The translations under genes and the position numbers were made by a program. A stretch of 64,000 nucleotides of DNA, from positions 358,466 to 422,465 of the forward strand of contig JBFMAD010000001.1 in assembly GCA_040755855.1 (NCBI GenBank). The letters are read 5' to 3'. The notes beneath the pieces are model-generated. The model searched no databases, was not told the origin of the DNA, and worked only from the letters and a program-made list of their open reading frames with translations. Below are positions 18,423 to 26,971 of the stretch, in pieces. This DNA comes from Planctomycetota bacterium (lineage in GTDB: Bacteria > Planctomycetota > Brocadiia > JAADGH01). How positions within the stretch are numbered: position 1 is the stretch's first letter; each line of letters opens with the position of its first letter.

Positions 18423-20735
18423 TTAGTACCTCGGCGCCTCGTAGCTGGCGGGGTTGCGCATGATCTCGGTGGTTCGCTTCCGAATCTCTTTCGCAATCTC
18501 GGACACTCGCGGGTCCTTCGCCATGGCCAGGCCCGCGCGCTGGCGGAGGCGCTTCGCCGCCACGCGGCAGTCGCCGACGAGATGGTCCTGATTGCCGCCC
18601 ACCTCGACGAAGGCGGCGGTTATCTTCTTGCATCTTTCCAGCGCGTCGGCACCTTCATAGTCCATCACCTCCGCCCGGAACTTGTTGCAGAGATCGGCGA
18701 CGTAGGCCGGGGTCTTGATCTTGTCCTTCTTTTCGGCATACTTCGCGTCAATATCGCGGGTGAGTCCCTCCATCTCCGCAATGACCTCCGCCAACTCGGG
18801 ATGGGTCTTCTTCTGCCCGTCGAGGTATTTCAGCATGTCATGCCCCCATGTCACATATTCCTCGATCCTGCCGCGAATATACGTGACGAAAATTACCACG
18901 TCCTGCAATGCCTTCTCGATCTCGGCCTTCTTTTGTTTCTGCTGTTTCTTCTCGTAGATCGGGTTGAGCGTGTCTCGGACCCCACACGTGGCGCGGCCCT
19001 TGTACGTAAGCTGCTGGGATTGCACATCCAGGATATACTCGCAGGGACCGACGCCGAGCGTCTCGCGGATGATGTCCACCACGGTGAGCCTGTCCAGCGG
19101 CGTCTCTTTCACGCGATTGATGGGGTAGAGGACCGCCGGACCCACGAACGTGAGGGCCTCCTTGAGCGGCTGGAGGCGCCCCCGGCCGGACTTGTCCACC
19201 CAGCAGGGATACTCGAAGCGGCCGAGCACGCTGGTCCACTTCTTCCGGTCCGCCGGGATCGTGCTGGCCCCCCCAAACCAGCCGTGCTTGAGGAACTTCC
19301 CGTCGGGCAACTCCGCGATCATCTCCCAACTGTCGGTCAGGTCGTTGTCGCGGCGCCAGTCCACCCGCCACTGCGCGGGGAAGGGCATGGCCCAATCGAG
19401 TTGGATCACCTTGTTCTTGTCCTCCTTTGCGATGTTTCGCATGTGCCAGATGGCCGGCTCGTCGAGGAGGGCGACCCAGACCTTGCCGTCCTTGCCATAG
19501 TGGATGTCCGAGGCGAGGATTTGCCGCCCCTCCTTCTCTCCCGCGAGCAGGGCGCGAAAGTCCTTCTCCCGCGTGTTCGAGACGGCCATCGCAATGGCCT
19601 CGCCGCCGCCGAGCAGATGGAGCAGGAAGTTGTCGCCGGGGACTTCGACCTGCGACACGGGCAGTTCCTGCGCGTCCAGCACAATATCGTCCGCGAAGAA
19701 ATCGGGCAGGACGGCGAAGCGGCACGGCGCTTCCATGCGAAGGCCCTGGGTCTGGCCGAGCGGCGCTGTTTCCACAAACATCTGTCCGATCTTCAGGCTC
19801 ACGCGCAGTCCCGTCCCCTTATTGTCCAGGGCCTTGACGGCTACTTCGCCCGGATTGTTCTCTGAGATCGAGATTGTCGAGAGAACCGTAGGCGGATCGG
19901 ACGGCGGCGCCAGGAGTGCGCGGCGCGTCCAACCGCTCCGACCGGATGAATACAGCTCTGCGCCCGTTCCCTTTTTCCGGAGCACAACCGCTATCTTCCG
20001 GTTCGCAAACACCACGTCCCCCTTGAATTCGTGGGCCGTCGTGTCCTCGGGGATGGCGGTCCATCCCTCTCGCTTGGCAATCTCGCCGCCGGAGAGAGGG
20101 GAGGGCGAGGATTTGTTGGTATCAAAGAGCCGGACGCCCTCCGCGGCGGCGTCTTCCTGCGCCTGTTTCTCGTATGGGACATACGCCCCTTCATACAACC
20201 GGAACATATCGGCCCGGAACTCGCAGTTGGGTTGGGCGCAGTTGATGTAGGCGAACCAGCCCTGGGGAAAATCCTTCTCCACCGTGAAGGTGACATGCAT
20301 CTCCGTCCATTTGTCCTTCGCCAGCGTGTAAGGATCGGTCCGCGCCGCCCTTTCGTGGGGCTTGGCGCGGCGCTCGATCTGCAGATCGGCCCGCACCGGT
20401 CCGCCTGTGCTCTTTGCGAGCACGGCGAACGTGTAGGTCTTGCCCTTTTCCCCGGCTTTTATGCCCTGGCCGAACTGCGCCCCCCATTCCTTCACCTGGC
20501 CGATGGCGATCTTCACGCTGTGTCGCCCCTCCGCTGCCTCGGCGTCGTCCACGCGGAAGTCGGCTTTGGTCCCTTCCGCCTTGGCAAGATACCAGCCATC
20601 CTGGCCCATCTCAAAGCCGGGATTGGCGAACCGGTTCTCCGCCGCCTGCCCGGATGCGTCGCGGGCCGTTGAGCCAAGAAGAAGGGCGGACAACGCCACG
20701 ATCCAGATTGCCGGGTGGAACGATCTATGGAACAT
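18423..20735 (-). CDS. secreted protein: N-terminal CBM4/9-like domain plus a conserved domain of unknown function (paralog of the next gene)
   Basis: Signal peptide; NPGFE..., A.EG.HS, KW....TFT; shares LGVGPC.YIL and YPI.R...TPL with 20754-22454. Confidence 0.7.
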   Translation of the reverse strand: MFHRSFHPAIWIVALSALLLGSTARDASGQAAENRFANPGFEMGQDGWYLAKAEGTKADFRVDDAEAAEGRHSVKIAIGQVKEWGAQFGQGIKAGEKGKTYTFAVLAKSTGGPVRADLQIERRAKPHERAARTDPYTLAKDKWTEMHVTFTVEKDFPQGWFAYINCAQPNCEFRADMFRLYEGAYVPYEKQAQEDAAAEGVRLFDTNKSSPSPLSGGEIAKREGWTAIPEDTTAHEFKGDVVFANRKIAVVLRKKGTGAELYSSGRSGWTRRALLAPPSDPPTVLSTISISENNPGEVAVKALDNKGTGLRVSLKIGQMFVETAPLGQTQGLRMEAPCRFAVLPDFFADDIVLDAQELPVSQVEVPGDNFLLHLLGGGEAIAMAVSNTREKDFRALLAGEKEGRQILASDIHYGKDGKVWVALLDEPAIWHMRNIAKEDKNKVIQLDWAMPFPAQWRVDWRRDNDLTDSWEMIAELPDGKFLKHGWFGGASTIPADRKKWTSVLGRFEYPCWVDKSGRGRLQPLKEALTFVGPAVLYPINRVKETPLDRLTVVDIIRETLGVGPCEYILDVQSQQLTYKGRATCGVRDTLNPIYEKKQQKQKKAEIEKALQDVVIFVTYIRGRIEEYVTWGHDMLKYLDGQKKTHPELAEVIAEMEGLTRDIDAKYAEKKDKIKTPAYVADLCNKFRAEVMDYEGADALERCKKITAAFVEVGGNQDHLVGDCRVAAKRLRQRAGLAMAKDPRVSEIAKEIRKRTTEIMRNPASYEAPRY

Positions 20736-20753
20736 GAGGACCTCCTTTGCCTG

Positions 20754-22454
20754 TCACTTCGCCTTCAACATCTGCTCGACCCGACGGCGGACATCCTCAG
20801 CCAGGGGCGACGCCGGGACCATGCGGCATTCCTGCTTCATCCGTCGCACGGCCATGCGGCACTTGGCCAGCGTATTGTCCTGGACCGCGCCGATGCGCCG
20901 AAGCTGCTCGCCCAGTCCTCGGCAGTCTTCGAGAAAACCACCTTTGCCGAGGAGCGCGACGAGGTCGTCGGCGAGACGTTTTGCGGATTCTAAAGCGTTC
21001 TGATCGCTGCGACGCTGCGCTATATCCTTCTCCATCTCCTGTGCGATTGCGCCGAGGCGGGCGGCGAGGCCGGTGTTATCCCCAGGTTTCTCTGGGGCTT
21101 TGCACATCGTCTGAATCTCTTGTGCGAGCCTTGCATACTCCCCGATCCTCGCGTCCATGTGCTCTATGTGCTGCGTCATCTGCGCCAGCCGCTCCCTGAT
21201 CTGATCGGCCATGCGCGCGGCGCGCTTCCGCTCGACCTGCCGTTCGACCCATTCGGTCACCTGGGCGGGGGTGGGGGGCGCATCGCCGGCCACACCCTCC
21301 AATGCCAGGATGTACTGGCACGGCCCGACGCCCAGCGTGTTTCGCAGGATGTCAATCGGGCAGAACGCGCTGAGCGGGGTGGCGCGACTGCGGTCAATCG
21401 GATAGACCACAAGGCGCTCGGCCTCCTCCCCGCGCGAGGGCGGCAGGCAAACGATGGCGCGACCGCCGTCGAGCCGACAGGGATAGGGAATCTTGCCGTG
21501 GACCGGGGAGATAAAGTCGGCAATTTGCTCTTCCTCAAAGGCCCATGATTCGGCGACGCCGCTCCGCCGGACGAAATCGCCCCGCCATTTGGCGGCGAAG
21601 GGCGGCTGCCAGTCGAGGACGATGTCCGCTTGTGCGTCTTTCTCCGACAGCCCCCGGCTGTGCCAAATCTTTGGGCCTTCCAGGCAGGCGACCCATATCT
21701 TTTGGCCGCTCGCGCACTCGATCTGAGTGATGGCCGCCTTGCCGGCGAAATGCACGTCCGCGTTTTGCGCGTTGGACTGCCAGACGCACATGACGATTGC
21801 ATCGCCGCCTTCGATAAGATTCAGGAAGAAGTTCTCGGCGGGAAGGCCGACGGTCCTGTCCCCAAGCGCCTCCGCGCCATACACTATGTCGTCCCCGAAG
21901 AAATCGGGGACAACGACATAGGCCGTTTCGCAGCGAAGGCCGAGCCGATCGGTTCCCTTGCCGGGCAGGACCTCCAACATCACATCGCCGGTGGTGAGGC
22001 GGAATGTCACGGAGGCCGCGTCCCCGTCCTGCGCCCCAAACGCAGCGTCAATCCCCATCGCGCTGCGGCTGTTCTCCTTGACGGCGGACGAAGAAAGACG
22101 GGGCGGAGGCGCCCCTTCGCGCCCACAGGGGGCGACGACCACGCGGCGAACAAGGCCCTGCGCAACCCTTGAATAGACCTCGACGCCGGTCCCCGCCTTG
22201 CGAAGGACAACGGCGATCTTGTTGTTCAGGAAGACGGCGTCGCCGGCGAAGGCGTGCGTTAGATCGCCCTCGGCGACCGGCTTCCACCCGGTCCCGGGGA
22301 CGGGTCCGGTGACGGCTTCGGGCAGGGGGGCGACGGTGTCAAAGAGATAGGTGCAGGGATCGTCGGCCTGCTGCTGCGCCCCGGCAGGAAGCGATGGTAT
22401 GGCGCAAAGCGCCAACGCGATCGGGATGATGCGGAACGAGTCGGCAATCTTCAC
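20754..22454 (-). CDS. secreted hypothetical protein, paralog of 18423-20735 lacking the CBM
   Basis: GTG22454 after GGGAGG; signal peptide; motifs LFDT, H.F.GD.VF.N.KIAVVLRK, PDFF.DDIV, W..PF.A.WR.D, LGVGPCQYIL; helical C-terminus. Confidence 0.7.
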   Translation of the reverse strand: MKIADSFRIIPIALALCAIPSLPAGAQQQADDPCTYLFDTVAPLPEAVTGPVPGTGWKPVAEGDLTHAFAGDAVFLNNKIAVVLRKAGTGVEVYSRVAQGLVRRVVVAPCGREGAPPPRLSSSAVKENSRSAMGIDAAFGAQDGDAASVTFRLTTGDVMLEVLPGKGTDRLGLRCETAYVVVPDFFGDDIVYGAEALGDRTVGLPAENFFLNLIEGGDAIVMCVWQSNAQNADVHFAGKAAITQIECASGQKIWVACLEGPKIWHSRGLSEKDAQADIVLDWQPPFAAKWRGDFVRRSGVAESWAFEEEQIADFISPVHGKIPYPCRLDGGRAIVCLPPSRGEEAERLVVYPIDRSRATPLSAFCPIDILRNTLGVGPCQYILALEGVAGDAPPTPAQVTEWVERQVERKRAARMADQIRERLAQMTQHIEHMDARIGEYARLAQEIQTMCKAPEKPGDNTGLAARLGAIAQEMEKDIAQRRSDQNALESAKRLADDLVALLGKGGFLEDCRGLGEQLRRIGAVQDNTLAKCRMAVRRMKQECRMVPASPLAEDVRRRVEQMLKAK

Positions 22455-22471
22455 AGGGTGGGCCTCCCTTC

Positions 22472-23308
22472 TCATCTCCAATCCGGGTACATGTCTGAAC
22501 CGCCCTCCGTCAGCCGCCGAGGCGTCCCACCTTGCGCAGAGACCACATAGATCTCCCACGGGCCTTCCGGCGACATGCCCTGGCAGAACACCAGATTCTT
22601 GCCGTCGGGACTGTATCGTCCATAGTGCTGCACTCCGCCGAAGTATGTGATGAGGCGATTCTTCGTCCCGTCCGCGCTGATCGTGCAGAGGTGCGTCTCG
22701 GTTTCATAGACGAGACGTTTTCCGTCGGGAGACCAATGCGGCTCGCAAGCCCCCTTCTCATCATAGACCTTGGTCGGCTTGCCGCCCTCGACCGGCGCGG
22801 TGAAAACGCCGTTGCCCGCGTCCCACCGGCACGCGAAGGCGATGGTCTTGCCGTCGGGACTCCAGGCGGGGCCGGAGCAATGCGGATAGTCATCCGGGCT
22901 GATCGTTTTCTCCGCGCCGGAGGCCAGATCGCGGGTGAGTATCTTCTCGTCGCGGCGGAGCGCGATGCTCTTTCCATCGGGGGACCATTCCGCCTGATCC
23001 CCATCGCAGATTCGTTCGGGTTTCGAGCCGTCCGCGTTCATTCGCCAGACACCCGGCTTTCCGCCGCGCGTTGATGTGAAGAGTATCTGCTTGCAGTCCG
23101 GGCTGAACGTCGGGTCCACGTCGTGGGCCTCGTCGTCTCCCTGGGTCAACTGCTTCATGTCGGAGGCGTCGGCGTTCATGATCCAGATGCGCCACGGCCC
23201 GGATCGGTCGCTGGAGAATAGAATGCGTCCGGCATCAGCCGCTTGGACGGCGGACATGGCCGCAACAGCAACGAGCCCGCAAGAAATCAGGATGACCCAT
23301 TTTCTCAT
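22472..23308 (-). CDS. TolB-like (PD40 repeat) beta-propeller protein
   Basis: Signal peptide; repeated P.(F/W/Y)SPDG motifs, FSSDRSG, RLT...DMYPDW. Confidence 0.88.
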   Translation of the reverse strand: MRKWVILISCGLVAVAAMSAVQAADAGRILFSSDRSGPWRIWIMNADASDMKQLTQGDDEAHDVDPTFSPDCKQILFTSTRGGKPGVWRMNADGSKPERICDGDQAEWSPDGKSIALRRDEKILTRDLASGAEKTISPDDYPHCSGPAWSPDGKTIAFACRWDAGNGVFTAPVEGGKPTKVYDEKGACEPHWSPDGKRLVYETETHLCTISADGTKNRLITYFGGVQHYGRYSPDGKNLVFCQGMSPEGPWEIYVVSAQGGTPRRLTEGGSDMYPDWR

Positions 23309-24486
23309 CGTTGTGTCGCCTCCTTACCTCCGGCGAAGCGGAGGAATTCAGGTTTTTCAAAAAGTTGCCTGGCCAACAGGGCGTATCCCTCCGCGAGGGG
23401 ATGGCTCGCGTCGGCGTAGAGATCGCTCGGAAGCGCCAGAGGCGCATCGTGGGGGACTTGCCGTTCCTGAAGCCATGCGACGATTCCCTTTTTCATCTGA
23501 TTGTATGTGGTCAGGCTGGCCTCGGTCAACATGTGTTCGTTGAACGGTCCCACGAGGACGAACACGTCGTTGCCCCGTCTTTTCAGGAGATCAACCGTCG
23601 CCCGGAACGAATACCATTGGAACGATGTGTCCAGGCCGACCCACGCCGGGCTGAACTCCGGTATGCCCTTATCCTTCCACGGCTTTGCGATGGTTTCGAT
23701 GGGTTCGGTGGAGACGGGATCATCCGGCCCGGGCAGATGGAACGTGACGCATCGAAGGGGGTTGGCGTAGGGATGCTCAATCGTCCATCGGGGGATGTCA
23801 TTATTATCGAAATAGGCCACGCGCAGGTGGTTGGTCCAGCCAAAAAACGGCGCATTCCGGCCGATTGCTATGCCGAGCCGCTGCGCGTACGGTTCGCGGT
23901 AGCATGGAATGCGCGGAAAGAACTGCGGCACGAGGCGGGGATGGTTGAACGTGAATTCCTTCTTCGTCTGCAGGTCGTGCTTATCCGATGTCATCCACAG
24001 CGGGTTGCAGTGAAGGAGGACCTTGCCGCCGGAGATCGCCCGCCCGTAGTATCGGATCAGGCCGGAGAGCGCGGCGGGATGGATGCCGTCCACCCCAAGG
24101 TTGGCGAAGCGCGCCTCGCCCGCGATTTCGTTCAGAAAGTGCGAGATGGTCCGGTCGCTTGCAACATAGTGTCCCCAGACTACCGAGTCGCCGATGACGA
24201 GCGCCTTCCCCTCATCACACGCCCGCCGACACCACTGCTCATAGAGCCAGTAGTCGTTGCCGAGCGAGTAGGGCAGCCGGTAGTCCGGACCGATTGGGGG
24301 ACCTTCCGCCCGATGCCATAACGAGGGGGCGAGGCAGAAAACCAGCGCGACGACGACGAAAACGAAGATCCAATTGTAGCCCGTCAACCGGATATCGTTC
24401 GAGCCGAATTCGACCTCGGCTTTATCCCTTGGGGAGATTCCCTGTTGTCGTGACTCATCAACTTTTGGCGGCATATCTCTTCGCAA
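23305..24486 (-). CDS. membrane-anchored SGNH/DltD-like protein (probable partner of the MBOAT)
   Basis: One N-terminal TM segment; IGDSVVWG (GDS), NLG, C-terminal DASH (DxxH). Start is 24486 or ATG24474. Confidence 0.62.
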   Translation of the reverse strand: MRRDMPPKVDESRQQGISPRDKAEVEFGSNDIRLTGYNWIFVFVVVALVFCLAPSLWHRAEGPPIGPDYRLPYSLGNDYWLYEQWCRRACDEGKALVIGDSVVWGHYVASDRTISHFLNEIAGEARFANLGVDGIHPAALSGLIRYYGRAISGGKVLLHCNPLWMTSDKHDLQTKKEFTFNHPRLVPQFFPRIPCYREPYAQRLGIAIGRNAPFFGWTNHLRVAYFDNNDIPRWTIEHPYANPLRCVTFHLPGPDDPVSTEPIETIAKPWKDKGIPEFSPAWVGLDTSFQWYSFRATVDLLKRRGNDVFVLVGPFNEHMLTEASLTTYNQMKKGIVAWLQERQVPHDAPLALPSDLYADASHPLAEGYALLARQLFEKPEFLRFAGGKEATQR

Positions 24487-24489
24487 TAA

Positions 24490-25875
24490 TCAAAACTGGA
24501 AATAGATGAATGCCTGGGCGCCCGACTTGGCAAAGATGGAGATATAGAGGATCATTGACGCAACGAGTCCGATGCGCACGGGCGCGAGCTGAAGCGTCCA
24601 CCGGATTCGCGATTCATACAGAAATTGATATATCCAGACGGCAAAGATCAGAATCAAAGCCAGCACGGGACACGCAGGATCGGCCTGCTGACCGCCCGGC
24701 ACGGTGAACATTCGCCAGACGATCAACCGCGCGTCGGCGAAACTGGCGGCCCGGAAGAAAATCCATGCAAAGGTCACGAATGCGAACACAAACATCTGCT
24801 TTGCAAACCTCGGCACGCGGTCGCGGTAAAACGCGGTCCGTTCGAGCTCGCGGGTGAGAATCCGCCCGAAGGCGTGCAGCCCGCCCCAGATCACGAATGT
24901 CCACGCGGCGCCGTGCCACAGGCCGGAGATCAGCATGGTCAGGCACATGTTGACATAGGTGCGGACGGTCCCGCGCCGATTGCCGCCCAGCGGGATATAG
25001 ACGTAGTCCTTGAACCATGTGCTCAGGCTGATGTGCCAGCGCTGCCAGAAATCGCCGAGGCTGTCGGCGAGGTAGGGATTGTTGAAGTTCAGCATCAGGC
25101 GGATGCCCATCACGCGCGCCACGCCGCGGGCCATGTCCGTGTAGCCGCTGAAGTCGAAGTAGAGCTGCCAGCCGAAGAAGAAAGTCGCCAGCATCAGCGC
25201 AGGGGAGGCGTATTCCCCCGGCGCGGCATAGACCTTGTCCACATAGAGGGAGAGGTAGTCGGCGAGGGCCACCTTTTTGAACAGGCCCACCACGAACAGG
25301 GACATGCCGTCGGTCACGTCCTGCCGGGTGATACGCGGCGCCGCGTGGAGCTGGGGCAGGATGTTGCGGGCCCGCTCGATCGGCCCGGACAGCAACTGCG
25401 GAAAGAGCGAGACGAACGCGGCATAGTGAATGAAGCTCGGCTCCTTCTCCACATGGCCGCGATAGTAGTCAATGGAGTAGGTCAGTGACTGAAAGATGAA
25501 AAACGACATGCCCACGGGCAGGAGCACATCCGGGGCGGGGATGGCGTATGCGATGCCCGCCTGGGCCAGGACAGCGTTCAGGGAATCCACAATGAAACGC
25601 GCGTACTTGAAGAAGCCGAGAAGCCCCAGGTTGTTGACGATGCTCAGGCAGAGCCACCGCCCCTTCCGTTGGCTCTTAGACATCCCGATGACGGCGATAT
25701 AGTCAATAAACGTCGAATACAGGATGAGAAGAAGGTAGAGAGGATTCCACCACCCATAGAACGTGTAGGACGCCAAGAGCAGCCATGGTATCTTTAGTCG
25801 CGTCTGCTTGACGAGGAGATAGACGGGATAGACAATGGCGAAGAACAGTGCAAAAACCCAGGTATGAAACAGCAT
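24490..25875 (-). CDS. MBOAT O-acyltransferase (AlgI/DltB-like)
   Basis: LPVGMSFFIFQ, FPQLLSGPIER, YFDFSGYTDMA, NF..PY, FWQRWHISLSTWFKDYVYIPLGG, GLWHGA (catalytic His). Confidence 0.93.
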   Translation of the reverse strand: MLFHTWVFALFFAIVYPVYLLVKQTRLKIPWLLLASYTFYGWWNPLYLLLILYSTFIDYIAVIGMSKSQRKGRWLCLSIVNNLGLLGFFKYARFIVDSLNAVLAQAGIAYAIPAPDVLLPVGMSFFIFQSLTYSIDYYRGHVEKEPSFIHYAAFVSLFPQLLSGPIERARNILPQLHAAPRITRQDVTDGMSLFVVGLFKKVALADYLSLYVDKVYAAPGEYASPALMLATFFFGWQLYFDFSGYTDMARGVARVMGIRLMLNFNNPYLADSLGDFWQRWHISLSTWFKDYVYIPLGGNRRGTVRTYVNMCLTMLISGLWHGAAWTFVIWGGLHAFGRILTRELERTAFYRDRVPRFAKQMFVFAFVTFAWIFFRAASFADARLIVWRMFTVPGGQQADPACPVLALILIFAVWIYQFLYESRIRWTLQLAPVRIGLVASMILYISIFAKSGAQAFIYFQF

Positions 25876-25934
25876 TCCGTTCTTGCGCTCCAGTCAGGTC
25901 AGAGACCTATCTCGCCGTCGTCCGCCGCGTTCAC

Positions 25935-25963
25935 ATCCTACCGTCTGTGCGCCGGCGAGTCAA
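25935..25963 (-). promoter_or_regulatory. probable promoter of the MBOAT operon
   Basis: Minus strand TTGACT-17 nt-TAGGAT, about 60 nt upstream of ATG25875. Confidence 0.55.
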
Positions 25964-25989
25964 GCCCTTACACTACCCTCTTTGCGTCG

Positions 25990-26958
25990 TCAGGATTTCG
26001 GTCTGGATGAACCGGGCGCTCCGCCCACCCACAGCGGATTGCTCCAGGCCATCCCCCCGTCGGGGGCGACGGTTTGGATGCGGAGGAATTTTTCCTTGCC
26101 CTTCGGCTTGAACTCGGCGGACGTGATGGGTTTGCCTTCTGGGGAGGTGAAGGCCTCGCCGCGACCGTTGTCGCAAATGAAATGGATGGCGCGCGATGGG
26201 GAGACCGTTGCAGCAACGATTTCATCGCTTACAGTGATGTCCTCGATCGTTGGGCCGCTGCTGGCGTAGAACTGCCCGGCGCGCAGGGCGTTGACGATGT
26301 TCTGCTCCGTCAGGGCTGGGGCCTTGACCATGACCCACCCTCCGCAGGCGTCCACTGGCCGATGGTCGTTGAAGTGCCAGTGCACATCGTCCGTCGCCAT
26401 GCCCCAGACATTGCGCCCTTTCGAAAGCAGCGCATCCCAGTGGATCATGGAATGTCCCTTGCCGATGCTGTGCCAGCAGCTTGTGTTATAGACCTCGATG
26501 CCGATGTAGCCCTCCAGTCGCATGAGGTCGTGGATCGTGAGCGCCGACCAGTATGGATGGGCCACGATCGCGATCCCGCTTTTCGCATTGATGGCATTTA
26601 TGACATCTTGCGCATCCATGTTTGATGCGAGGCCGTCAACTTCCCAGATGTTGACCGCCACGAGGTGGTACCCGTAGTTGAACTCCGCCCCCGACGCCGA
26701 AAGCTCCGCCCCGGGGAGGACAAGGAAGTCGTCATGGGAAAGGCCGGCGATGTCCGTTACCTTGCCGTGGTCGGTGATTGCGAGGAAGTCGTAGCCCTGG
26801 GCGCGATAGTGCGCTGCGATCTCGGCCGGCGACCTGTCGCCGTCGGAGCCGGTGGTATGGGTGTGCAGGTTGCCTTTGTACCAGTTGCCTTCGGTCTTGA
26901 ATGGGGCCCTCTCGGAAAATTTCTTGTTTTTTGCCTTGCTGGCGGATGCTTCTTCCAT
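25990..26958 (-). CDS. PHP-domain metallohydrolase (CehA/McbA family)
   Basis: WYKGNLHTHT..SDG, AITDH, PGAE, AHPYW, IEVYN, TDDVH, AWSNP. Confidence 0.85.
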   Translation of the reverse strand: MEEASASKAKNKKFSERAPFKTEGNWYKGNLHTHTTGSDGDRSPAEIAAHYRAQGYDFLAITDHGKVTDIAGLSHDDFLVLPGAELSASGAEFNYGYHLVAVNIWEVDGLASNMDAQDVINAINAKSGIAIVAHPYWSALTIHDLMRLEGYIGIEVYNTSCWHSIGKGHSMIHWDALLSKGRNVWGMATDDVHWHFNDHRPVDACGGWVMVKAPALTEQNIVNALRAGQFYASSGPTIEDITVSDEIVAATVSPSRAIHFICDNGRGEAFTSPEGKPITSAEFKPKGKEKFLRIQTVAPDGGMAWSNPLWVGGAPGSSRPKS

Positions 26959-26971
26959 GCTTGACTCCCTG

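Noticed and set aside
16497..19865. Alternative-frame ORFs 16497-17816 and 18234-19865
   Set aside because: They overlap the GH5, FGE and CBM genes, and their composition is typical of non-coding frames.
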